The notes beneath the pieces were generated by a model. It did no database searches. It was not told where the DNA came from and worked only from the letters and a program-made list of their open reading frames with translations. A program made the position numbers and the translations under genes. DNA of 64,000 nucleotides from an uncultured Solirubrobacterales bacterium (GTDB lineage: Bacteria; Actinomycetota; Thermoleophilia; Solirubrobacterales; JBBDJG01), in the NCBI GenBank assembly GCA_963731895.1, contig CAVSXO010000025.1:11777-75776 (forward strand). Direction: 5' to 3'. Shown here piece by piece: positions 9,821 through 20,224 of this stretch. Within the stretch, counting starts at the first letter, position 1; each line of letters opens with the position of its first letter.

Positions 9821-11554
9821 CAGCCACGGACACCGAGGCGCGCTCAGCGTCAGGCCTGGCTCGCCGGCAAGACCCTGGTCCTCGCCGGACCGACTCGCGC
9901 CGGAGGGCGGCGCCGCCGCTGCTGACCGTCTCATCGAACGGCGGGCTCCGCGTCGAGTCGCTGTTCGTCACGGCTCGACACATCCGCCGACGGCGACGGG
10001 TCCGACCCTGATCGCGCGAGCCTCCGAGCTGCCGCCGAGCGCCTCAGCGCGCTGGCTCGACCTTCCGACGTTCGTTCGTCACGAACCTCGCGCCGCTCGA
10101 CGCGGCGACCCGCGGCGAGGTGCTCGAGTTCCTGTCGTCGTCGCTCGCCACCGTCCCGGAGGAGGAGCGCAGCGAGCTGAGCGATGCCCTGATCGAGCTG
10201 AGTCGTGGTCTGCGCGAGCGGCTGCCGCGCGCAACCGTGTCCCAGAAGGACGGCTATGGCGTGCACGTCGACCGCTTCATGGTGGTCGACGGCTCCTCCT
10301 TCTTCATCGAGGGCTGGGTGCACGACGAACGTCTCAACCGACTCACCGTCGTTTCCCCTGAGGGCGGGCGGGCCGAGATACATGGACCGCATGTTTCGCT
10401 TCCCGCGCCCCGATGTGGCGGAATTCTTCTCCCTGCCCGAGGAGCGGGCGGGCACCGAGCTCGGGTACGGAAGCTTCTTCGAGCTGGACGCACCCAGCCT
10501 GAAGACGAAGGGCTGGATCCTCGAGGTGGAGGACAGGGACGGCTCCGCGCACGAGGTCCCGATCCCGGAGGCGATGACCGACAGCTCGGAGATCTGGGAC
10601 TCCTGCTCGAACCCGCCGTGGGGTCAGCCGCCGAGCGAGGAGCTGTTGTCCAACCACACCTTCCCGGCGCTCGGCCGGCTTCAGCCTTCGGTCTACACGC
10701 CGGTCGGCATCGACTCCGTGACCCAGTACGGCGAGCCGCCGGAATCCCCGGAGATCTCGGTCGTGGTGCCGCTGTACTGGCAGCTCAAGCACCTCGAGAT
10801 CCAGCTCTCGCAGTTCGCCGACGACCCCGAGTGGCTCCGGCAGGACCTGATCTACGTGCTCGACTCACCGGAGCAGAAGGCAGAGCTGCTGGAGCGCGCG
10901 GCCGGCCTGTTCCCGATCTACCGCATCCCCTTCCGGGTCGCGGTGATGGAGAAGAACGCCGGCTTCGCCGGCGCGAACAACGCCGGCGCGAGCCTCGCGC
11001 GAGGACGGCTGCTGCTGCTGCATGAACTCCGACGTCCTGCCCGCTGCGCCCGGCTGGCTCAGCAAGCTGGGTGACTTCTACGACGCGACGCCCGACATCG
11101 GCGCGCTGTGCCCGAAGCTGCTCTACGAGGACGATTCGATTCAGCACGCCGGCTCCTACTTCTACCAGCGGCCCGGCCTGGACCGATGGTTCGACGCCCA
11201 TTACTTCAAGGGCATGCACCGCAGCCTTCCCGCCGCGAACGTCGCGCGCGCCGTGCCGGTCGTCTCGGGCGCGTGCATGATGATCGACCGCGCGCTCTAC
11301 GAGAGCCTCGGCGGCCTGAGCGGCACATACGTGCAGGGCGACTACGAGGATTCCGACATGTGCCTCCAGCTGATCGCAGCTGGGCCGTAACAACTGGTAC
11401 ACGCCCGACGTCGAGCTCTACCACCTCGAAGGGCAGTCCTACGCCGCGGACGTGCGAGTGCCGGCCAACCGCTACAACGCCTGGTTGCACACGGAGCGCT
11501 GGAGCGAGAAGATCGCCGCGGTGATGGCCGGGCCTCGACGAGCCACCTCGATGA
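9813..11554 (+). pseudogene. large family 2 glycosyltransferase with ~300-aa N-terminal non-catalytic region, paralog 1 of 3, several frame changes
   Basis: GGAGG-6 nt-GTG at 9813. N-terminal pieces read AWLAGKTLVLAG and FFIEGWVHDERLNRLTVVSPEGG...FRFPRPDVAEFF...KGWILEVEDRDGSAHEVPIPE. The GT2 core reads ISVVVPLYWQLKHLEIQLSQFADDP...IYVLDSP...NAGFAGANNAGA...NSDVLPAAPGWL...LYEDDSIQHAGSYF...GACMMIDRALYE...DYEDSDMCLQLI...NNWYTPDVELYHLEG. The 3' end is inferred from an ATGA overlap at 11551-11554. Confidence 0.75.
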
Positions 11555-12554
11555 GCTACCAGACATTTCAGGGAGTCGCCGGCGACTCGGACTCACCCGC
11601 CAAGCTGGATCGCCTGCACCTCCCCACGGATCTCTCGGGACTGTCCGTGCTGGACGTGGCTTGCAACGAGGGGTTCTTCTGTCAGGAGGCCGTTCGGCGC
11701 GGGGCCACGCGCGTGGTCGGCATCGACAAGAACCCCGACGTTCATCGAAAGGGCAAAGAAGCGGGATCCGAACTCTGAGTATTTCGCGATGGACTGGGTT
11801 GAAGTCAGCTCGCTGGGAAAGAGGTTCGACGTCATTCTGCTGCTGTCCGCGCTCCATTACGCGCGGAACCCTCAGCTACTTCTTCACGAGCTCTTGAAGA
11901 TGCTGAAGCCCGATGGGCTTCTGGTGCTCGAATGCGGGATCGCGCCGGGCCAAGAGCCGGAATGGGTCAGCGTGCAGCGCCCGGTCGGGGACGTGGTGCT
12001 GCATCCAACGCACTCGGCATTGACGGAAGCACTCAATGCAGGCGGCCGTGCGCCAGATCGGGCGAAGCGTGAGCCAAGAGGGTGATCCGGTCGACCGTTA
12101 CGTCTACCACGTTCATCCACTCAAACCGATGGTGCTGCTCGTTTCCGGACCTCCGGGCAGCGGCAAGACGACTCTGCTCAACGCATTGTCCGCGGGCGGC
12201 GGAGTCATCCCCGTGAACCTGGACCACCTGCTGCTCACCATGCCCTCGTGGTGCCACGACGATTCGCTGCTGACGATCAGGGATTCGAGAACATTCGAGT
12301 CTGAGCAGATCGGCGAGCTGGTCGATCTGATGGTCCGCGAGAAAGCGGAGGAGGCGTTCGCGGAAGAGGTCTTCGAGACTAATCAGATCATGTTGGTCAA
12401 CCGCACCCGGGCCGTCACCGTCATCGAGGGCTATGCGCTCTCCCAGGGGGACTTCGGACGGGCATTCGCCAGACGCCTGACCGACCGTGGCTGCTTTGTA
12501 TGGCACGTCGGGCCAGAAGCGTCGTCCCTCCACCCTCTCGGCTCGCCGAACTAA
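11551..12554 (+). pseudogene. class I SAM-dependent methyltransferase fused in frame to a P-loop NTPase/kinase-like domain (two frame changes)
   Basis: The methyltransferase part reads LHLPTDLSGLSVLDVACNEGFFCQEAVRRGATRVVGIDKNP, then (next frame) FIERAKKRDPNSEYFAMDWVEVSSLGKRFDVILLLSALHYARNPQLLLHELLKMLKPDGLLVLECG. It continues without any in-frame stop into PMVLLVSGPPGSGKTTLLNAL (Walker A) ...AVTVIEGYAL. Confidence 0.65.
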
Positions 12555-12600
12555 GCATGGAGACGGGAGCCGACATCTACGGTGAGCATTCGGGATCGCT

Positions 12601-13301
12601 ATGTCGAACGTGAGGCACTCGAAAGCGCTCGGCGTTGAATGGCCCGGCGATGAATGGGGCGACCCCGCGCAGTGGGAGCGGTTCTACCAGGAGCTATTCG
12701 TCAAACACGGAGTTTCGGACTGGCAGAAGGCGGTCGAGATCGGCCAGGGCTCGGGGAAATACACCCTCAAGGTGCTTTCCAACCCCGATGTGCATATCCG
12801 CGCCTACGACGTGAGCGAGAGTTCCTCACCGTGGCAGGCGAACGGTGCGGCGAATACATCGACGCCGGCCGCCTTGAATTACGGAGATCGACACGTCGTC
12901 CCCCGCCTATCTCCTTGATGACCTGACGCCCTGGAGGCGTCGGGTCGACGGCTTCTATTCAATCGACGCGATGGTGCACGTCGACCTTCAGTACCTGATG
13001 GCCTACGTGCTGACGGCCGCTGCGGTTTTGAGGCCGGGCGGAAAGCTGATCCTCACTCTCGCCTCGGCAACACAGAGTCGGGTTCCAAAAGCTGGTGGAG
13101 GATGTCACGATTCACTGGGACGAGTCCATCGGGAAGTTCGAGTGGCTTTCAGGCTCCCTCGTCGAACGGTTGCTCCCCCGCCTCGGCTTCCACGTCGACC
13201 TGCTCTGGGAGCCAGACCGAGGAAACACCGTGAACGTGGTCGCGTCTGCTCGCCTGACCCGAGGTCGGACGAGCTCGCTTCGTACCTGCGCCGCTAGCTG
13301 A
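12601..13301 (+). pseudogene. class I SAM-dependent methyltransferase (three frame changes)
   Basis: Pieces read GVEWPGDEWGDPAQWERFYQELFVKHGVSDWQKAVEIGQGSGKYTLKVL, EFLTVAGERCGEYIDAGRLEL, VDGFYSIDAMVHVDLQYLMAYVLTAAAVLRPGGKLILTLA and KLVEDVTIHWDESIGKFEWLSGSLVERLLPRLGFHVDLLWEPD. The 3' end is approximate. Confidence 0.6.
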
Positions 13302-13319
13302 CGCGCTGCGCAACATCCT

Positions 13320-14078
13320 CTAGGACTTGACACAGGCGATGACGTCCTGGTCCAGCCATGCCTGCTCGGTGTAGAGCAGGAGGCTCAGGCCTGGAAAACG
13401 GTCGAGCTCCCGGCTGACCCACCAGCGAGCCGCGAGCGCGTCGCCGTGTTCCATTTCCGGGTACTGGTCCGCGAAGAAGCCGAACCCTTTCTCGTCGTAG
13501 TCGTTCACGATCTGCTCGCAGTGCTCGTCCGTGAGGGCCAGCTTTACCCGACCGTCCCTGAGCAGGTCCGCGATCGCCCGCCCGTAGGCAGTGAACACCA
13601 GCACGCCCCGCGGGGACAGGGCCGCGTCGAACATCGTCAGCATCCGGCGCCAGTGCTTCTCGCCGACGTGGGTGAACAGTGAGCCCACCCAGATCAGGTC
13701 GTAGGGCCCACCTATCTCGGCGTCCTCGAGCTTTGCGGAGCTGACCAGCGTCTGCGCGCCGAATTGCTCGGCGCAGAACGCGAGACACCGCTTGTAGAGG
13801 TCGCATGCGGTCAGATCGGCCTCCGGGTAGGCCGCCTTCAGGTATCTGAGGACCCGTCCCCCACCGCAGGCGAAGTCAAGGATGCTGGTGACCGAGTCGC
13901 GCTCCGCGGCAAGGAGCGCCAGCTGGATGCAGCGCAGGGCCCGCGAGCCCGCCTCGAAGTAAGAATCCGGGCTATACGCGTACATCGGGTCATTCGGGAG
14001 GACCTCCTGCACCACCTCGAGCGACTCGGCGTTCAGGGCCTGGTTGAGGGCCGCCAGGTCCAGACGCTCGTCAAGCAT
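13320..14078 (-). CDS. class I SAM-dependent methyltransferase
   Basis: Intact ORF with ILDFACGGGRVLRYLKAAYPEADLTACD (motif I) ...YDLIWVGSLFTHV...LSPRGVLVFT. The start is set at ATG 14078, which overlaps the sulfotransferase stop by 8 nt. The longer ORF to 14162 would overlap that gene by about 90 nt. Confidence 0.8.
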   Translation of the reverse strand: MLDERLDLAALNQALNAESLEVVQEVLPNDPMYAYSPDSYFEAGSRALRCIQLALLAAERDSVTSILDFACGGGRVLRYLKAAYPEADLTACDLYKRCLAFCAEQFGAQTLVSSAKLEDAEIGGPYDLIWVGSLFTHVGEKHWRRMLTMFDAALSPRGVLVFTAYGRAIADLLRDGRVKLALTDEHCEQIVNDYDEKGFGFFADQYPEMEHGDALAARWWVSRELDRFPGLSLLLYTEQAWLDQDVIACVKS

Positions 14079-15411
14079 TCGCAGCTGCGTATCCGAACGT
14101 CGCCAGCGCCTCTCCGAAGGCGCTGTCAGCCGCCTCCAGAAAAGCCCGGTCGGCCTCTTCACGCCAGCGCCCGATGGTCGCCGCCGGATCGCTCAAGGTC
14201 CGGTGGGAGTTGACCTCGACCGACTCGCCGCTTGCACCGGGGAGCTCGAGGGTCTCCGCGGTGGCATGCCGGACGATCTCTCCGACGGCTTCCGGGGACG
14301 AGTCGACCTCGAGGTAGCGGAGCGCCGCGGCGATGGTCTCGTGCGGGGCGCCAAGCAGCTCCTCGTACCGGATCAGGTGCGCGCGCGGCGATCGGGTACG
14401 CCACGCCTCGTGCAGATCTCGGACCATCGAGCCCAGCCCGTCGCGCACATACTGCTCATCCGTCACGCCGGCTGGCCGCCCGAATCCTGGGTAGCCCCGC
14501 TTCCTGTCGAAGGCGAGGATCGAAAGCGCCATGTCGCGGAAGTCGCGCACGAGGAACAGCTCCTTTGCCTCCGGGTACAGCTCCCACGTCAGCGGCGCGA
14601 GGTAGTCGGGCCACATGTGCTTCTCGGCGAAATAGAGCGCATCCGGCTGCGCCTGCATCTCGGCGAGCTTGCCGTACCAGTCGTCGATCGTCTGCTGGCA
14701 GAAGGCCGCCAGGCGCTCCACGTAGTCTCCCGCCAGCCACTCGGCGAGCGGCGGCTGCTCGTACACCCGGTCGTCGGCGTACGGGTTGCTCCCGATCGAC
14801 CAGAGGTCCATCGGAAAGTAGTTGGGGTGGGTCGACTGGTCCAGGTTGGCGCCGTCGGAAAGCACGCGGAGCATGTGCAGCCAGTAGCGCGCCGGCGCGG
14901 ACTCGTACGGGAATCTGCGGAAGACCACGACCTCGGGGTGTGCGGCGAGCATCTTCATCAGCCAGGTGCTCCCACTGCGCCCGAGCGAGGTGACGATCAG
15001 CGGCCGCAGCGCGGGGCGATGGTGGCTCTGAAGGGGTCGCCGGTACAGCCTGATCGTCGCGGCCGGCACCTTGGTGCCGTCCTCCAGCGCGACATTCAGG
15101 TGGAGGGTCGGCTCACGGTCGAGCCCGATCAGGCCCACGAGCAGATGGAAGACGCAATCCGCGGGCTCCACCTCCAGCGCATGAGCCACGTCCTCGCGGA
15201 TCCCGCGCACAGGCGCCGTGCGAAGCACCTGACCCTCGTACATCACCTCGATGTGGGATGCGCGTGAGTCGAGGCCGACGACCCATCCGATCACGTGCAG
15301 CACGTGGACCCGGTCCCTGTGCCCCTGCTGCGGAAAGTCGAGCTCGAAGCCGCGCAGCCGCTCGAGGCGCTCCGGGAGGAGGCGCACCTCCCTGACGTCG
15401 TAGGTAGTCAA
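14071..15411 (-). CDS. PAPS-dependent sulfotransferase-family protein with ~130-aa N-terminal accessory domain
   Basis: Intact 446-aa ORF. 5'-phosphosulfate-binding loop LIVTSLGRSGSTWLMKML. 3'-phosphate motif LFLVRDFRDMALSIL. N-terminal VIGWVVGLDSRASHIEVMYEGQVLRTAPVRGIREDVAHAL. The TTG start overlaps the upstream stop (TTGA at 15408-15411). Confidence 0.8.
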   Translation of the reverse strand: MTTYDVREVRLLPERLERLRGFELDFPQQGHRDRVHVLHVIGWVVGLDSRASHIEVMYEGQVLRTAPVRGIREDVAHALEVEPADCVFHLLVGLIGLDREPTLHLNVALEDGTKVPAATIRLYRRPLQSHHRPALRPLIVTSLGRSGSTWLMKMLAAHPEVVVFRRFPYESAPARYWLHMLRVLSDGANLDQSTHPNYFPMDLWSIGSNPYADDRVYEQPPLAEWLAGDYVERLAAFCQQTIDDWYGKLAEMQAQPDALYFAEKHMWPDYLAPLTWELYPEAKELFLVRDFRDMALSILAFDRKRGYPGFGRPAGVTDEQYVRDGLGSMVRDLHEAWRTRSPRAHLIRYEELLGAPHETIAAALRYLEVDSSPEAVGEIVRHATAETLELPGASGESVEVNSHRTLSDPAATIGRWREEADRAFLEAADSAFGEALATFGYAAANA

Positions 15412-17126
15412 GCCAGATCGGGGGAAAGGACCTGGGCGTCCGGGCCCTGCGCCTGCGCACGCATGATCTCTTCAATGCGTTCGCCCAGTCGATGAGTCTG
15501 CAGCCACGAGTTGTACGAGTGCGCCGTCCGGTCCGGCGTGCGATACGACTGCGCCTCGAGGTGGTAGAGCTCGACATCCGCGACGTACCAGTTGCGCCGG
15601 CCCGCGTCGAGCAGCCGGATGCACAGGTCCGAGTCCTCGGAGCCGCCGTCGACGTAGCCGTGCCAGAGGCCTCCGACCTGCTCGTACAGCGCCCGCTCGA
15701 TCATCATGCACGCGGCCGTGACGGCGGGCACGGGCCGGGTCACGTTCGCCGCGTCAAGCGAGCGAGAAAACCCCTTGAAGTAGTGCTGGTTCGTCCACAG
15801 GGCGGTTTCGCCGCTGCGCTGGAAGTACATCCCGGCGTGCTGGATCGACTCGTCCTCGAACAGCAGCTTGGCGCCCACCGCGCCGACATCCGGCGTCGCG
15901 GCATGGAAGCCCGCCATGGTGCCCAGCCACCCCGGCTCGTCCGGCATCACGTCGGAGTTGAGCAGGAGCAGGACATCGCCGCGGGCCAGCTCTGCGCCGA
16001 GGTTGTTGGCGATCGCAAAGCCGCCGTTGCGGTTCAGCGTCGCGACGCGGAAGGGCACGGCATGCAATTCCTGTAACGCGGGCGCGACACGCGCGAGGTC
16101 GCTCCGCAGCCCCGGGCGAGTCGAGCACGTAGATCAGGTCCGCCTGCGCGATCTCGGGATCGTGTCCGAAGTGCGCCAGCTGGTGCTCCACGAAGTCGAT
16201 GCGCTGATACAGCGGGACGATGATCGAGACCTTCGGATCGGCCGGCGGCTCCCCGTACTGGACGACGTCCGTGACCCGCACCTGATCGCGCATCAACGTC
16301 TGGATGCGCGCAAGCGCGGGGTGTGTGTTCGCGAAAGTGGTCTCGTCGCGCGCCAGGCGCGAGACCCTGAAGTGGTTCAGCAGATAGCCCTTCGTTTGCC
16401 TCAGGTCATGGATCGCGACCGGGCCGGTTCAGCTCGAAGGTGCGCCCCGCGCGGTCCCGCAGCTCGACGATCCACTCGGCCCCGAGCCGGCTCGGGCGCC
16501 GCCAGCTCGAAGTATCTGGTGAAGCCCTGGTCCTCCCCGGCCACGGGCGGATACGCCGCCTCCACGTCGGGGCGCGGACGCCGATATGCCCCCTCCAGCA
16601 GCTCGACGCGCTGGCCCTCCGGCGAGATCGCCTCGATGCTCTCGACCAACTCACCCGGGTCGTGCAGCCATCCCAGCGCCAAGAACGACCGCTCGTCGAT
16701 CGCCTCGAATGCTGTCAACCGCCGCCGCCAACGACGCGCCGGCATCGTTCATGAGCCTCGGCACGGGCGGGCGTACCGCATCGCGAACGGTCTCCAGTGC
16801 CCGGCTGCAGGTCCATCGTGTCCGGGCGCTCCAACTCGGCCGCCGTGGCATCGAGCATCAGGTCCATCAGGTGCCTGCCTCCGTCCTCGAGGTCGGGAAA
16901 CTCGCTGCGCAGCAGCTCCTCGAGCTGCTCGGTCCGCGCCCTCACCCGGCGGGGCCGCGGCTCGGAAGAGGCGGACGCGCTTGCCCGCCACCGTCCCGCT
17001 CCCGAGCTCCTCGGCGCCGCGTGGCCGGCGACCCCGGCCGACCAGCATCACGACCGAGTCCCCAAGCCATGCTCGCCGTGGCCGGCGCCCCAGCCACCGG
17101 CCGATGCGCCCGAAGAAAGAGGTCAC
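15408..17126 (-). pseudogene. large family 2 glycosyltransferase with N-terminal non-catalytic region, paralog 2 of 3, several frame changes
   Basis: GTG 17126 overlaps the upstream stop (GTGA). Pieces read AWLGDSVVMLVGRG, EQLEELLRSEFPDLEDGGRHLMDLMLDATAAEL, FLALGWLHDPGELVESIEAISPEGQRVELLEGAYRRPRPDVEAAY, VSIIVPLYQRIDFVEHQLAHFGHDPEIAQADLIYVLDSP and FRVATLNRNGGFAIANN...LLLLNSDVMPDEPGW...FEDESIQHAGMYF...ACMMIERALYE...SEDSDLCIRLLDAGRRNWYVADVELYHLE. Confidence 0.75.
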
Positions 17127-18447
17127 GTTTCCACGGGTGCCAGCGTCGGCACGGGGGGTTGAGGCGGGCGGTGACGATCCGCCAGCTCGTCGTAGATCCG
17201 CGTCAAGTTGGCCACGTGGTCGCTCATCGTGAAAATGCCCGGGATCCCGGCTTGCAGCCGCTCCCACAGGCCCAGGGGTGGTCGACGCAGCGTGGATCGT
17301 CTCGGGCAAGGGCGGCCGGGCTGCCGACACCGAAGTGAAGTCCGTTGACCTGATGGGTGACCTTCTCCGCCATGCCGCCGATGTCGCTGCAGATCACCGG
17401 GCGGCCGTGCATGAACGCCTCCTGGATCACGAGCGGCGAGTTCTCCCACCAGCGCGACGGCACCACGACCCAGTCGATCTCGGACATCAGGTGCGGAACC
17501 GCCGCGTGGTCGTACGACCCGGTGAAGGTGACGTTGGCGCGGTTCTCCTCGAGCTGAGCGAGGAAGGCCTCGCGGATGTCTGCGTGCAGGACGTCGATGT
17601 TCGCGCCGTGTAGCCACAGGTGCACGTCGGGAGCGGTGTCGCGCAGGATCCGCATCGCATCGAGCAGGACGTCGAGGCCCTTGTAGGGGCTCACCTGGCC
17701 GAAGAAGCCGAGCCGGTTGCGCGGGCGGTCTGCCTCGGTCGCGGGCGCCGGCGTCTCGGGCAGGCGGCCGTAGTCCTCGAACACGATCCTGTCGCGCGGG
17801 ATGCCCCAGTCCACGTAGCGCTCGAGCAGGAAGTTGCTCGGCGCCAGGAACAGGTCGACGTGCGCGAGGTGAGACTTGATCAACCGCTCGCGCAGGAAGA
17901 ACTGCTCGGGCGCCCACTCGGGGAAGCACTCGTGGCAGCGGCGAGGCGATGCGCCCATGCAGAGCTCCCCGCCCTTGGTGCGCACGAGCTGGCCGTCGCG
18001 GTGGCAGATCGGTATGTACTCGTGCAGCGTGTAGACGATCGGCACGTCGGGCAGCAGCCGGCGGGTCAGCGTGACCAGGTCGTACCCGATGAAGTGCGTG
18101 TGCTGGAAGTGGACGACGTCCGGCTGAATGCGACCGCAGCAGGTCCTTCAACTGGACGGTGTACAGGAACTTGTCGCGATAGGTCCCGTGGAACCAGTCG
18201 AAGCCGTGCTCCGCGTCGGTGTAGATGAAGTACTGGTTCGGATCCTCGTTGACCCGGCTGAAATGGCGTGCCGGGCCGCAGGATCGCGGTTGGCTCGGCA
18301 TGCGGGCCGATCCTTGCCACCAGCACCGGCTCGAACTCGTCCGAGGCGCGCATCGCCTCGGTACAGCTCGAGCGCGTACGCCTCCGCCCCGCCCGGCCGC
18401 ACGGCGGGATGGTTGTGCACGAAATAGAGAACCTTCTTCCTGCTCAT
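17123..18447 (-). pseudogene. GT-B fold (GT4-like) glycosyltransferase, paralog 4 of 5, about five frame changes
   Basis: MSRKKVLYFVHNHPAVRPGGAEAYALELY, then DEFEPVLVARIG, then NEDPNQYFIYTDAEHGFDWFHGTYRDKFLY. The long intact stretch is ORF 17224..18045 (PIVYTLHEYIPICHRDGQLVRTKGGELCMGASPRRCHECFP...NRLGFFGQVSPYKGLDVLLDAMRIL...IDWVVVPSRWWENSPLVIQEAFMHGRPVICSDIGGMAEKVTHQVNGLHF). The tail is MSDHVANLTRIYDELADRH...VET*. Confidence 0.8.
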
Positions 18448-18506
18448 GGCTCGGAGTGGGGTCCCAGCTCCTCCCGGCTTAGCCCCTGCTAAAGCTTAGC
18501 GTCGCA

Positions 18507-20127
18507 TCAGGCGCCCGCGCTCGATATCTGCTCGATCAGAGGGCCCCACAGCTCCGTCTGAAGCCACGTGTTGTGGGCCACGGTGGTCTGGCGCGAGACC
18601 GGCGCGTGAGCCTGCCCCTCCAGGTGGTAGAGCTCCGCGTCGGCCAGGTACCAGTTGCGCCGCCCCCGATCGATCAGCCGCAGGCACAGGTCGGAGTCCT
18701 CGTAGCCGCCCTGGAGGATGTACTCGTGGCGCAGCCCGCCGACGTCCTCGTAGAGCGCACGATCGATCATCAGGCAGGCCCCTGTCAGCGCGGGCACCGG
18801 CCGCGTGACGTTCGCGGCGGGAAAGTCCCGGTGAAGCCCCTTGAAGTAGTGCAGGTTCCCCCACAGCCCGGAATCCGCCTCGCGCTCGAAGTAGACCCCC
18901 GCGTGCTGAATCGAGTCGTCCTCGAACAGCAGCTTCGGCCCCAGCGCGCCGATGTCGGCCTGGGAGTCGTAGAAGGCTGACCATCTGCGCGAGCCAGCCG
19001 GGACGATCGGGCAGCACGTCGGAGTTGAGCAGCAGGAGCAGCCTCCCTCGGGCAAGCCCGGTCCCGAGGATGTTCGCGACCGGAAAGCCCGCGTTGCGTG
19101 AGAGCTTGGCGACCCGGAAAGGGAAGCCGTGAAGCGCATGGATCTGGGCGGCGAGGTGATGCAGAGGCTCGGAAAGCTCGGGAGAGTCGAGCACGTAGAT
19201 CAGCTCCGCCTCGCGCATCGCCGGGTCCTGCGCGAAGTGCAGGACCTGATGGTGGAGGAAGTCGATGCGCCCGTACAGCGTCACGACGACCGAGACCGCG
19301 GAGATGGGTTGGGCGCTCCGTAGTCGACCACGCTCTCGACCTCGATCGAGTTGCGGTGGCGGTGCTGGAGCCTGGCGAGCGCCGGGTGCAGGTGATTGCG
19401 GCGCAGCTCCTCCCTGTTCGGCTGCTCCTGCGTGAACCGCTCCAGCAGCAGCTCCTGTGCGCGCTGCGCGTTGTGGTCGGCCGCCGGCACCGGCGCCTCG
19501 ACGCCCCTGCCCTCGGGGTCGGTCCACTGGACGACCCACCCGTTCTCCAACCGGCTCGGGGCGGGAAGCTCGAACAACGCTGCGAAGCCGTGCTTGTGGT
19601 CCGGCCCGGCCTCGCCGAGCTGCTCCTCGACGTCGGGCCTCCTGAACCGGAACACATTCTCGAGGATCCGCCTCCTGGCCATCGGGGGAGATCACGGTGA
19701 GGCTGGTGAACGTGCCGTCCGCGTCGCGGGTCCACCCCTCGATCACGAACGCTCTGTCGTCGAGCGCCAGGAGCCTGTCGACCACCACCGCCTGCGGCTG
19801 GTCGTTTTCGATCGCCGGCTGAGGCAGCGGCCGGCGAAGCGCGTCCCGAATCTCATGGAGGTCCTTGCCGAGCGAGAAACCGCCCGGGCCGTCGAGGTGC
19901 GGCAGGGCCGACGACAAGACCAGCCGCTGAAGCTCTTCACGGCTCACCAGCGCGCCCTCCAGCACGTCGGCATCGAGCGAGATTGCCTCACCGTTGGACC
20001 GCAGCTCGAGACTCGGAGCCTCACCGGCGGGCAGGTCCAGCATCACCACCCAGCCCTCTCCCATCGGGGCGAGGCAGCGGCCCGCCACCTCCACCGGCTG
20101 CGTCCCCGATGTCGCGGTCCCCGCCAC
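18507..20127 (-). pseudogene. large family 2 glycosyltransferase with N-terminal non-catalytic region, paralog 3 of 3, several frame changes
   Basis: Pieces read LELRSNGEAISLDADVLEG...AFVIEGWTRDADGTFTSLTVISPDGQEA, ILENVFRFRRPDVEEQLG...ENGWVVQWTDPEGRGVEAPVP, VSVVVTLYGRIDFLHHQVLHFAQDPAMREAELIYVLDSP...FRVAKLSRNAGFPVANI...LLLLNSDVLPDRPGW and LFEDDSIQHAGVYF...GACLMIDRALYE...YEDSDLCLRLIDRGRRNWYLADAELYHLEG...SSAGA*. The true start may lie further upstream (to ~20300), reading through the relic below. Confidence 0.7.
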
Positions 20128-20224
20128 GCCGCCCGGCTCCAGGCCGGGAAGGTCGCCGACCAGGACGAGTCGTGTCGCCCGCCCAGGCCGCAGCCCGAAG
20201 GGGTGCCGTCACGACACCGGGGCC

